Origin: Parasitella parasitica NRRL 2501
Taxonomy: Eukaryota; Fungi; Mucoromycota
Length of the DNA: 56,179 nt
Direction of reading: 5' to 3'
Assembly: GCA_025201805.1 (NCBI GenBank)
Contig: MU619295.1
Span: 114,351 to 170,529 of the forward strand
Part shown: piece by piece, positions 34,657 through 46,585 of the stretch
How the letters are laid out: each line of letters opens with the position of its first letter
How positions within the stretch are numbered: position 1 is the stretch's first letter
The notes under the pieces: generated by a model
Databases searched by the model: none
Told to the model about the DNA's origin: nothing
The model's input: only the letters and a program-made list of their open reading frames with translations
Made by a program: the position numbers and the translations under genes

Positions 34657-34993
34657 GATTGGATTGCGTTTGCCGAGAATGAGCTCATTTTCGTTCCTCA
34701 TTCAGGGTCCATTCATTTGACGACTTGGGAAGCAGGGTCCAATCAAAGTATATGAATAATGGCCCACCCCCCCAAACCGATCATTGAGGATGGCTTGATT
34801 GGCTCTGTTTGCGTTTGCGCAATATTGTTCCTTGGGGTGGTCATTGATTGATAAGGCCAGTCCTTTCATTTCATCTTTTTGCTGCTAAAAGGGAAGCGTG
34901 TCACTGCGTGTAACAAGACATGTGCAGTGATACAAGAGAAAAAAGCAAGTAAAAAGTTGGGAAAACCTTGCATCAAATGAATCAAGATTGGCC
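34657..34993. promoter_or_regulatory. cluster of CCAAT/ATTGG boxes in the G6PD promoter
   Basis: GATTGG/CCAATC at about 34657, 34739, 34797 and 34986. Confidence 0.35.
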
Positions 34994-35229
34994 TGATGCA
35001 GTGATTATTGTTTATAATCAACAAATGCGCCCCAAAACCTTGTAAAACGAATGGTTTACCCATTGACAAAGCAGCTGCACACGACGTATGGACTTTTAAT
35101 TTCGGGCGTATCAACTCGAAATTTAAGCTGATTATAAATACGTTATCAAACTGTATAAAAAGCTGTCTTTTTTTTTGGTTTTTTTTTCCCTCGTTTCTCT
35201 CACTTTACTTCTTTTTGCTTCTTCTCTAA

Positions 35230-36965
35230 ATGTCTTCTGCTGTTCAATTGCTTCGTGACCAAGTCGCCAAGGAACTCCAAGGCTCGGTAACAATCATCGG
35301 TAAGTGTATTTGACACATTCCCCCTGTCATTCCATATGGTTTGATCCGTCAAGGAGCTAATCGTCCCAACAACACAGTCTTGGGTGCTTCTGGCGATCTT
35401 GCCAAGAAAAAGACCTATCCTGCCCTGTTTGGTCTGTATCGCAATGGCTTCTTGCCTGAAAACGTACATATCGTGGGTTATGCACGCACAAAGATGGATC
35501 AGGAGGAATATTTGAAACGTGTCACCCAGTACATCAAAGTGGGCGATGACCAGGATAAGCTGGAGGAATTCAAGGCAATTGCTAGCTATGTTTCTGGCCA
35601 ATACGACGACGACGCTTCGTATCAAAATCTAGACAGAGCCATCCAAGAGAGCGAGACGCAGCGTGCTATTCCAAGCGGCAGAAAGAATCGAGTCTTTTAT
35701 ATGGCTCTTCCTCCTTCTGTATTCATCCCCGTTGCCAAGGGATTAAAGCGCAATGTGTATGCAAAAGAAGGCAGCAATCGTCTTGTGGTAGAAAAGCCTT
35801 TTGGAATGGATTCTGAGAGCTCAAACCATCTTGCTAGAGAGTTAGGCGCTCTTTTCACGGAAAATGAGGTTGGTCATTGGCTGATGCGTACAAGGGAAAT
35901 TGTCAGCGTACTCACTGCCTTGTAACTTAGATTTATCGCATCGATCATTATCTCGGTAAAGAAATGGTCAAGAATGTCATGAACCTTCGCTTTGCCAACG
36001 TCTTGTTTGGGCATGCATGGGACCGTACCTACATTGATAATGTCCAAATTACGTTCAAAGAGCCCTTTGGCACCGAAGGCCGTGGTGGCTATTTTGACGA
36101 GTTTGGTATCATTCGTGATGTGATCCAAAACCGTAAGTTGTTTTGATGGTGGGAAAACGGGAGATAAGCTAACACAAACAAAAACACAGATTTGCTTCAG
36201 GTGCTCACATTGATCGCCATGGAAAGACCGATTTCCACAGATTCTGAAGCTATTCGTGATGAAAAGGTAAAGGTCTTGAAGTGCATCCAGCCTATTGCTA
36301 TTGAAGACACTCTTTTGGGTCAATATGTCGGCGCGAATGGAAAGCCCGGTTATCTTGAAGACGAAACGCTAAAGAATAAGGACAGCCTTACGCCTACCTT
36401 TGCTGCTGCTGTTTGCTGGATCAATAACGAACGTTGGGAAGGCGTTCCTTTTATACTAAAGGCGGGCAAGGCACTGAATGAGGCCAAGGTGGAGGTGCGT
36501 CTGCAGTTCCACCATGTTGCGGGTAATTTGTATGGCGGTTCTGCTCGTAATGAGCTTGTCATCCGCATCCAGCCTAACGAAGCAGTTTACATGAAATTCA
36601 ACAACAAACAGCCTGGCTTGTCTTACCAGACTATTCAAACAGACCTGGATTTATCTTATCATTCACGTTACGCCGAACTATCCATTCCTGATGCTTACGA
36701 ATCTTTAATTCTTGATGTATTGCGTAACGACCACTCCAACTTTGTTCGTGATGACGAACTCGACCGTGCCTGGAAGATTTTCACACCCTTACTCCACAAG
36801 ATTGATGCCCACGATTCTGATGTCCACATCAAGCCTTACAGCTATGGTTCACGAGGCCCTAGTGAGTTGGACGCTTTTGTCAAAAAGTACGGCTATCATC
36901 GTGACACCAAGGTCGGTTATCAATGGCCTCTTCAAAATGTCAATCCCTCTGCAAACAAACTTTAA
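35230..36965 (+). CDS. ZWF1: glucose-6-phosphate dehydrogenase, 4 exons
   Basis: Motifs [39 protein letters not shown] and YGSRGP. Introns at about 35300-35377, 35869-35930 and 36133-36189. The protein ends ...SANKL*. Confidence 0.97.
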
Positions 36966-37831
36966 ATACTTTTTGTCAAACTGATACTATTCCTTTTTTT
37001 TTTTTTTGCATTATCTTTACCTTCTTCATTCAACCGCCCTCTTCCCCAACTCGTTTTCTTTAGTTATATCCCATGACCTCTTGTATTGTAATCATATCTT
37101 TCGATGTTTGTCTATCTTCTATATATACATATATATTTATATACACATGTTTGTATGTAAGAAATAAATGTGCTATCATTTACTCCATTTATAGGCTTAC
37201 GAATAGATATTAAACCTTGTATTTCCTTGTGCTACTTGATGATTTAATATATTCAGGAACACATCCCCACGGGCAACGCAACTGACGTAAATTTTATTTT
37301 CAACGTGTTCATTTGACACAATGAAAAGAATACCATTCTACTACATAACAACAGCATTGTTGGCACAAAAACCCAAACGCCTAAATTTTCTAATCGTAAA
37401 AAGCCGCGCATTTGCTCTTATCCATTGACAGGCCACATACCTTCTTCAAACGCGTTTGGCATAATGACACCAGCCCTTGCGCACCATTTTTTTTGTAGCA
37501 CCATCTTGAAATACCATAAAGAGTATACCGTACATTCAGAGTCTTTCTGATTTGTTGATACTGATGTTAAAATCAAGGAAACCTCTAAATTTCAGACAGA
37601 CGTGTGCCTGTGTAGTCATGCAATTCATGCAAATGTGGGTTTCATAAAGGTTTAAAAGTTAATATTTATATAGGTATGGTAGAAAATGCAAGCAAAAATA
37701 GTAGGTTGAGGTGGTATATCATATAATCGTAGTAACAAATAGAAATAATAAAAAAAAAAGAAATTTCATACAAAAAAAAAAAAAAAATGCCATCATGTGG
37801 TGTGAACACATAAATCCATATAGATATTGAG

Positions 37832-39729
37832 TTAGTTTAACCATTTTCTGGGTTGAGAATCAAGCTGGGTTGATGCTTTTGTTGCAGGCTGCTGCTTTGT
37901 ATTTCCACCGGAATTTGCATTCAAGACGGCAGGAGAGGAGGATCTCGACACAGAGCGCTGCATTGGAAAGCGTCTATTTGGTATAGGAGATGTAGAAGGA
38001 GATGAATGTAGTTTAGGCTTGGCAGTATAATAAGAGGTAGGCGACGACGACAGTCTGCGCGAATTAGTTGGGATGCTGTTGATACGTATTGCTGTAGTAG
38101 TAGTAGTGGTTGTAGTGGTAGTGGTGGTAGTAGATGAGTTATTTATGCTTCCAAGCGAAATGCGTCGTGATGCCTTCTGCTGATGTGAATTTTTTGTCGT
38201 GGTCGTGCTCCCATCACCTATGACTGATCTAGGCCGACCACGAGGAGTAGAATCGCTGCGTTTCACATTCATGTTCCTATTGTATTGCCCTATTTCAATA
38301 CTGTAAATTTTCCACGATAGTTGTGCATGACACACATATCAAGCTTTCATACCATTAATATCTGTAATGACACGACCTGAAACCTTTTTCGTTTGCGTAA
38401 CAGCAGATTGAGCCTGCTCAATGAGTTCCAGTAGCATAAGGCGGATCCTTTCGAATGCGGCATCCTCGTCTTGCAAATAGCGCTCTAGATCAGATGCTCC
38501 AAGTATATCAGGAGAAGACTTGAAAGAATCAGTTAGTAAAATGCAAACACGCTGTGCAAAATAAATAGGTCATATGGCCGTTTATTTAATATATAAAAAT
38601 GTAATACCATAATACCATTTTTGCTTGAACTTGTATCTAAGCCTGGTGTCAGTGGTCTCTCTATCCTGCATAATGATGAGCCACAGCAAATTCTCCCTTT
38701 TACAACATCTTATCCTGCAAAACTTACTCGGCGAGTCTGCTCTGTAAATCACTTATTGTATGCGATTGCTCCTTGACGACTGTTTCTAATGTTTGGTTCA
38801 GTGTCAATAGCGATTTCTTTTCAATCTCCAAATCTTCGATCTGTGAAGAAACAATGTTACAGCTGTTTAGATACATGCTGACTTGTCTCGTCAATATTGC
38901 ATACCTTTCGGTGTACTCTGGCATCGTCCACTAGCTGCGGTTTAGCCTGAGCTGCCATTGTGCCTCTCAGTAGAAACGATCCTAAACCTCCAGTCATAAT
39001 GCCAAACCCAGGTGTAAACGAGGAAGGCATTCTGTTATAGCTTGTTTGATGTGGTTCTTCTTCTGTGGCTGCTGCAGCAGCTTTATTTATCTGTACATGG
39101 TCATCATCAATATCGCCCTTTGACATATCAATATCGTCTAGTTCGTCGTCATCGTCGTCTTCATCGTCATCCGCCTCCACAGCAATGTCATCCTCATCAT
39201 CCTCGATGGTGCTGTCTAGCGCGGTAATACCAGTATCCAAATCGGTTTGTATTGTAGGACGACGATTAAAATTAGACAAATTGATTCGACTTATCACCAA
39301 GGGGGGTTGCTGCTGAGATTGCTTTTGATGCATATTTTCAAAAAGACTCTGGCTAATGTTGCTGGACTTTGCCAGAGTGTTGTTGTTGTTGTTGTTGTTG
39401 TTGTTGGAAGACTGACAAAAGAAAGAAAGTCCCGGACTAGCTTCAGAAGAAGGTTGGCGTATCATGGGAGAGTTGTTGTAATAAGTGGGATGGCTATTAT
39501 TATAAACGGTTGTGGTAGTCGACGCGGTGGAAAACGTACAGGACGAAGAGTTGGTTGACGATGAAAAGTTGGGCTGTCTCTGTACTATTTGTGAAGGCGA
39601 GAGCTGGCTGGAGAATAAATACTGTTGCTGCTGCTGCTGCTGCTGCTGCTGTTGTTGTTGCTGATGGTGATTAAATGGGCGGATAATATTGACAGCCTTC
39701 GGATTAGGCGTCAGGTCCTTAGATAGCAT
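37832..39729 (-). CDS. uncharacterised low-complexity protein with a short conserved coiled coil, multi-exon
   Basis: Spliced DARVHRK|IEDLEIEKKSLLTLNQTLE...; EDAAFERIRLMLLELIEQAQSAV. Contains poly-Q, poly-N, poly-D and poly-T tracts. Confidence 0.65.
39378..39663. repeat. coding trinucleotide microsatellites ((AAC)n poly-N and (CAG/CAA)n poly-Q)
   Basis: Read directly from the sequence. Confidence 0.85.
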
Positions 39730-40539
39730 TTGAGATTAAATAAACTCGAAATTATCTACAGTAATACAACTATAGAGAAATTATATATATACAACACAAA
39801 AAAGAAAAAGAAGAAATTAAAAAAAATGTGTGTGCGAGATCAAGTGAAGAGAAAGAAGAAAAGGGAAAATGTAAAATTAAAAGTGGCCTAGAAGGTAAAC
39901 CTAAAAATCCACAAACATGTAAGCATATCTTTCCGTAGCTCAGAAATCAATCTTTCTTTCTGTTTTCCCCTCTCGATCACAGAAAAAAAAAATAACAATG
40001 TGAACTGTTCATGTGTATAATATACCTTACCTCTCCTCAATTGTTGTTTTCATCATTTTTATTGAACAAAAAAAATCAGGTACGGGATGTTGAATATACT
40101 ATATATAAGCTCTTTTTTTTTTCTCTTCCATCAGATAAAAATAACAAGTATACAAAGCGTCTGTGCGGAAGGAGAAGGGGGGGGGAGGGAGGGAGGGAGG
40201 GAGGGGGATCATAGGGCGACTCCCCAATTCCATACAAAATCCATTAAAGTACTTTATATTGGCAGGTATGTTCTTACAATGGAGCAGTGTCCGGATCTTA
40301 GTCACCAGCCAAATTACATGAAATACCGCCTTGCAGTGATTTCGAGACCAGGCAGGCCAAAGAAATAGTAAAAATAATGAATAATGCTACAGTCAGTTTA
40401 AATTGTTTCATTTTTCCTCTCTTTAATATTCTTTATTTCAGAATGTAGATTTTATTACAAATCTTGCAATCATTAATTCGGTAAGCAGACGGAAGACGCG
40501 AAGCAGAAATGTCTGGTTAGTAATTGGATCTATGAGAGT

Positions 40540-41300
40540 AACTCTGTGTAACTATCAAGACTTCTTGTATGCACAACAGGATCTCCAGTAACGGGAAACA
40601 AGGTTTATTGACTTTCATGAACATGGTGTTGTACTTTATAGAAACAGACAAAGAGCTAAAAGAGGGGAGCACTTGCCTGACGCAAGCCCTTGTCCTCTCC
40701 GTGCTTCGTCGATCAACCAGTATGTCAGGGCTGTAGTTGATTTACACGCTGATCAAAACGCATCCAGTACAGGAATTACACTTCAAGACCCTAGGGGGCA
40801 TATTACTCAATTATTCTCTCAAACTCAAAAATCAACAAGAGTAAGATAAAGCTATCGAGACAGAGGAGTAAGAACTCTTCCAAGATGGGTATACTCGAGA
40901 AGAAATGATCCACGTGTCGACGTACTATCGCAATCTTAGTGTTGAGCAGGGTTAAAGCGACAGAGCTATCTTCTTAATGCAGCGTATACAATGCTTCTGT
41001 CTGGGAGAAAGCGCCAGACGAATGGGATTGTCTGATGTTTGACTCTTGTTCTAAAAGGATGAAGGCTATTCCAAATGTCTTGCTTGACTATTTCTCATGA
41101 GAGGAGAAAAGCGAAATCATACTAATTTGCTCCGAGTAGGCCGCTACAACCAGACACAAGGACATCAAACTCCGTGCCTTTGGGTGGCCTGATCTTTTAT
41201 TTATTTCATCGCTGGCATATTGGTAACGACTCATTCCCTATTTTGCAGAATTGCAAATCAGAAGTCTGCCAAACAAAGTCGATACTGTGGGAGGATTCAT
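40540..41300 (+). pseudogene. Crypton-type tyrosine recombinase / Ndc10 domain II relic
   Basis: Fragments SSINQYVRAVVDL..Q..DPRG, DRGV.TL/QDGYTREEM, DRAIFLMQ, GESARRMGLSD, DEGY and PLGGLIFYLFHRWHIGNDSFP, broken by stops and frameshifts. Confidence 0.72.
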
Positions 41301-41928
41301 CACACTCAACAACAGCAACAACAGGCAGTAAGCCCCAGTGGCCACAAACTTTTCAAGTGATATTGCTGATATCAAGAGACATTTAGACAGTTGAAGATAG
41401 CTTGCTCTTATTTTGCTAGCAATGCGGCGCTTGCACTCGATGATAATGTATATTCATGTTTCGAAAGGAGCACTATCTAACAAGAACAAGAAGACTATTG
41501 TTTTGAGGACCACAACTTTCTAATATAATGAGTGTTAACATATCTAGCATAAATCATAGCTTGTATCAATTCCAAATTTCTGCTCATAACTGTTTTTAAT
41601 ATCTAGCAACGATTTCAATTAACAGTACTGAAAATTAGCATATATTCAAAAACTCAATCTTCAATTAACATTGAATAAAACCAGTTGGTTATTTTAACTG
41701 ATTGAAACTAAACTTGTATCAACTTATGAATCCCACAAAATCGCTAAAAATGATGTGCCCCCCCAGACAGTTCTATAACCAGCATATTTTGTAATACGTT
41801 TCTTTTCAAATGCATCTTTAAGACGAACTTGAAGAGTCTTGCCCCAAATTCATAAATTTGCACGTTCAAAAATTTTGAATTGTTTATTGAAATTATATCT
41901 TTAGCAAAAAAATGTATATACACCATCT

Positions 41929-44360
41929 TTACTCTTTGATAGGGTAGTTGTATTTTTCCCTCCAAAGCTCAGAAACCTTTCGTCCATTTCCAAGGTTAGT
42001 GCTGTCCAGTGCGCTCAAATCAAACAACCCGTCACCTTTATAGTCCTTCTTTACTTGGTCTTGAGTCAATTCAAGGAACATATGAAGCCATGACATTGCA
42101 TTCCAGACAGTGAAATATTCCTCGGTAACACACTTCTTTGCGTTCGCACTCATCTTGGCGTGCAGATCGGGTTCTTTAAAGAGTCTCAAGAGCGTCTCAG
42201 CAACGGCTTCGTAGTCGCCAATTGGCACGAGGAATCCATCTTCATTGCTCTTAATTTGAAGAGGGATACCACCCGCTTTATAAGCAACAACAGGCACACC
42301 CTTATGTAACGCTTCAGTTACCTTGACCTCGAATCCTTCTCTGTGGGACAGTTGCACTGCAACATAAGCACCGCGCAGAATCATATTGAGCAACTGATCA
42401 GATGCAGGTAGGCGTACCGCAATGATATCGCTGGCGATGGTGGCGAACTTTGTAGATTCAATAATCGCCTGAACCTGTTCAAAGATGACGGTGCCATCAG
42501 GATCATCGATGCTTCCATGACCGCAAATAATGAGCTGGGGAATAGAAGCGTCTTCAAATTCACCGTCCATCTTAGCGCGCAGGATGCGGTAGGCTTCCAG
42601 AACATCAGGAATACCCTTGGATGGGTCGAAACGAGCAACTTGGACAATATAAGGTCTATACCAGTCCACTTCGTTTACGCCCAAGTCAACACAGACACGA
42701 TTGAAGACTGACTGATAGTAGCTAACCGTCCAGCTAGTCAAGGATTTATTCAAGCCATCTAGAGGATCTGTGGCAGCAGGAAGCAAAACTGTGTTTCGAT
42801 GAGGAACCACGTCCGGAATGAAACCCTTGATGGGATGGGCCACGAATACATCAGCTTGTTGGATGAATCCCCACAAGAAGCTAAATTTAAAAATATTTAA
42901 TACCATTTACAGGGCAAATGCGTATTGCACAAACGTACTTCCAGGTATTGGCAGTGGACCCTTTAGGCTCGTTCTTGATCAAGTCTGCTCTAATCTCAAT
43001 ATGCGATCTAAAGATGATTTTTGTATTTGGAGCATGCTTGCGAATGTGAGGGATTATACCGCAGACTATACACAAATATGAGCTTATGTATACTAGTACA
43101 CGTAATCGACAACAAATGTTTGTACATGCCTTGAGGGTCGTCAATGACGATGACATCCGAATTTTTAATGGGGCCCTCGTTGTCTAACCAGAATCTATTG
43201 GCATTTTCATCAGACCACTCGATGAAAACGTCTTTATCCTCTTCGTTTAGCCAGACGCCGGGAGGTGCTACGCCTTGGAGAACATTGTGGAATTTTCGTT
43301 TGGTGATATCAAATACCTCGGGTTTAGGACGAGCAACATACCCTAACATAAAAAAAAAAAAAACTGTCGGTACATGATTTGCTTGGCTAATTGAAGGGGT
43401 TTCACTTACAGTGGACCTCAACATCACTGAGATGAAGAAACCTCAATAGGGCATGACGCATTAAAGCGACTAAAACGAAATTTAGGGTTAGAGTCGAAAT
43501 CGATGGCAACCTTATTGTGTCATGTACCTCCGCCACCCTGAGGGGTTGAGTTAAAGTAGGACACCCTCAACTTCCTTGCCTTGAATTCAGAGGCCATCTG
43601 CTTGAAAACATCCCATGTTTCTTTGCAGACAGTTGCTTGATAATCAACTTGCTTTACCATGTGGATGATATGGTTGAAATCAACTGTAGCAATTGGTTAT
43701 TAGCCACTTTTATCTCTTACATGTTTAGTATGCATTTTACCTTCAACCTATTAGTAAAAATACGTCGTACAAAGCAAAACGTCAATATGATGTTAAAGCG
43801 CATGCTATATAGCACAGAAAACATACCTCATGACGATAGCCAACCGAGATACGAGGCAAGTTTCCAGGGTACTTGGGACTTAACCACATTACGGCCTTTC
43901 GGACTGCAGCACTGGCGCGCTCGTCAGGAGAGCCGTTGTGCGTGCGGACGCGGAAAGGGATGGCATCCAATTCTTTCCAATAATCAGACAGGGTGGAGCA
44001 CTCTTCAATGTCGACAAAGCTTTCTTCGCCTTGAAGAAAGCCATTTGCTATGTCATACGAACAAGCAACGAGCTGGATCTTGTAATTTTGAGCCATAGCG
44101 TACAGTTCAACCACGCCATGCAATTTGGTCAATGCTTGGATGATGACTTCTTTGGCAGTCTTGGAGTCGTCGTGCTTTGCCAATTCGCCTTGGTAGTAGT
44201 CGGTGGAATACATACCGTCGTGCACAGAGATCGCATAGTAGCTAGTCCTGTCTTCTCTAATTTCGATATCAAGGCCCAGGTAAACAGGCAAGGGAACATG
44301 AGCAGCTGAGAAACGACGAGATGTTCTTCTAATTGGCACTCTATTCGGGTTTGGAGGCAT
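41929..44360 (-). CDS. GT4 trehalose phosphorylase/trehalose synthase (ccg-9/TreT-like), multi-exon
   Basis: Motifs FNSTPQGGGVALMRHAL, FDITKRKFHNVLQG, IDDPQ, RSHIEIR, QVARFDPSKG and QLSHREGFEVKVTEAL. Confidence 0.9.
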
Positions 44361-44466
44361 TTCCTTTTTTTTTTGTAGTAGTAGTAGTAGTAGTTGTTGT
44401 TGGTAAAAGAAAAAGCATGTTAAATTTAAGCCTTGCTTTATAGGCATTTTTTTATTACTACTTTGA

Positions 44467-44490
44467 TTCACGTGAAATAGGTTTCACGTC
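44467..44490. promoter_or_regulatory. E-box (TTCACGTGAA) plus a partial second copy in a 308-bp divergent promoter
   Basis: Palindromic TTCACGTGAA and adjacent TTTCACGT between head-to-head genes. Confidence 0.35.
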
Positions 44491-44668
44491 TCAATCGAGG
44501 AAATGCTGCGAGCACCATTAGCTTGCATGAATTTTGGCATTGGTTGGCTGGTGAAGGCTTCCTTAAATGGACAACAGCCTCACACCTCGATATTATTTGT
44601 CTTTTTTCTTTTACCATATTTTCTGCGCATCTCTTTTCTCAAAGAAGCTATAAAAAAAAGGTTCATGT

Positions 44669-46233
44669 ATGATGGGTAATACTCAATCAAACAGCACTCG
44701 CATTGGAAGACTGTCAAGGAAGTTTTCACGGCGTAGCAGGAAAGCTAATATACCACAAGTTCGAGTTACAAAAGAACCAGAGATTGGCAATGACAAGCTC
44801 TCTTTGCCCCCATCTCCCACTAACAGTGATCCAATAGCAGCGCATATTAACAAAAAGCTGGGAGATGCTGCAGCCCAACCCACGGCAAAGTATATGTCGC
44901 CAAACAATGAGCAGGAACTAGACAGGCTGGTTCAAATTGTAAGTGTGTACCGTGCAAGTTTTCCTCATTTTACATTTGCAATTACTAAATATTCTCGGTG
45001 GAATCTTTGCATCGTAGCATTTTATTTACAAGCATCTGTTTGGCGGCAACTTTTTGGCTCCAGTAAAAGACCTGTTGTCAAGCAAACAATCCAGAAGGGG
45101 TTCAGGCAGTAGCCAGCATCAATGGCTGCAAGATTCGCCTTCGTTACTGTTGCCACCAAGAGTGCTGGATATCGCATGTGGCAACGGCACTTGGATCTTG
45201 GATATGGCAACGGAATTCCCAGATAGCCAGTTCTACGGCATCGACATACTTGCAAACTATCCAAAACTAGTCAAGCCTGCCAATACATTTTTCTCGCAGC
45301 ATGACATACTCGAAGGTTTACCATATCCCGACGATTATTTCGAGTACATACATATGCGCCAAGTTTATTCATGCTTTTCAGAGCAAGACTGGGTGGTAAG
45401 ATTAGAGAAAATCATACAAGCCCTCAATGGACTAACGGTATATATTTCACATAGACGATAATGAAGGAAGTCAAAAGACTATTAAAACCAGGTGGTTATG
45501 TTGAACTGCAAGATATCGACCCAATGCTAGGTAATATGGGGCCCACTACCCATGTGTTATTTGCCAAATGTAATCTGCATCGATATGTATAATGGCAGCA
45601 TTTCATCTCATCTCATTCTTTTCTCAATGGCTTTTTTAGTTCCTCCTCTAATGAAAAAATGGCACGGCGTAAATATACTCTGGTCAAGGAATATGTTTGA
45701 TATCATGAATGACGTTGGAGAATTGGTGGATATCAATCTTCAGGTCAGGAATTTGCAATTTGGAACATCGGGGGCCATAGGAAACATGATTCAAAACTCC
45801 CTGCGATTGGCACTAGAAAGCTTTCGTACGTTCTTTGAAAAACACAACCGCCTACTCAGCGCTGAATTTGATAGAATAATTGACGAGATACTAGAAGAAA
45901 CCAAAATATACCATTCTTATTGTAATTATTATAGTTGCTGGGGACGAAATTCTTTGTATCAAACAGCTTACCATCACCAGGAACTAGCGGACGATTCGGC
46001 TAGACGATATTCAGTCGCCAACAGCAACAATGCTGCAAGTGATAAAAATTGTTCAGATACTAGTTCAAATGTGTCTCCTCCTGGCCGTAAAATACTTGCA
46101 CAAACAACGGGAGAATTTGCTAATGAATTTCACCCTCGCTAACTTTCCGTCTGATGAATTTCACCAAGTTGTCTCTTTAGAAGAAGAAAATGTATCCGAC
46201 ATCAACCAATTTGTTGCAGGATACGAAGATTAG
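44669..46233 (+). CDS. class I SAM-dependent methyltransferase (LaeA/UMTA-like), multi-exon
   Basis: Motifs ELDRL..HF..LFGGNF.AP, VLDIACGNGTW, FYGID, GLPYPDDYFEYIHMR and LLKPGGYVEL. An intron at 46087-46168 restores the frame to ...INQFVAGYED*. Confidence 0.85.
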
Positions 46234-46585
46234 AACTATAATATATTTGTATACGAATTATATAAACATTTTGGAATAAAAATAATTACAGCTTGGATGA
46301 AGCTTGGTGTACTCTTTGTTTAGTGCGCGTTCTTTGTCTGTCGCATACTGGCACAAGTGATATCATTCAAGTTCAATAATTGGCCATGTATTACTTCCCA
46401 AAATAAGAAGCGATCATACACGTATAATTGCTTCCATATCAAGTAATATTGTACGTAAATTACCTCAAAAGGAATTGCTAAATCGTCAGCCAACATCCTT
46501 GTAATGGTATATATAAGATCTAAGGATTCTCTAAATGTCACATATCCAGATAGAAACATATTTATCATCATTTTTCTAAATAAGA

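Noticed and set aside
37250-37533. Possible spliced ORF of about 77 aa on the minus strand between G6PD and the coiled-coil gene
   Set aside because: No homology cue. It could be 3' UTR or chance splice-like sequence.
46087-46168. Apparent frameshift at the methyltransferase C-terminus
   Set aside because: Explained by an 82-nt GT-AG intron that restores the frame.
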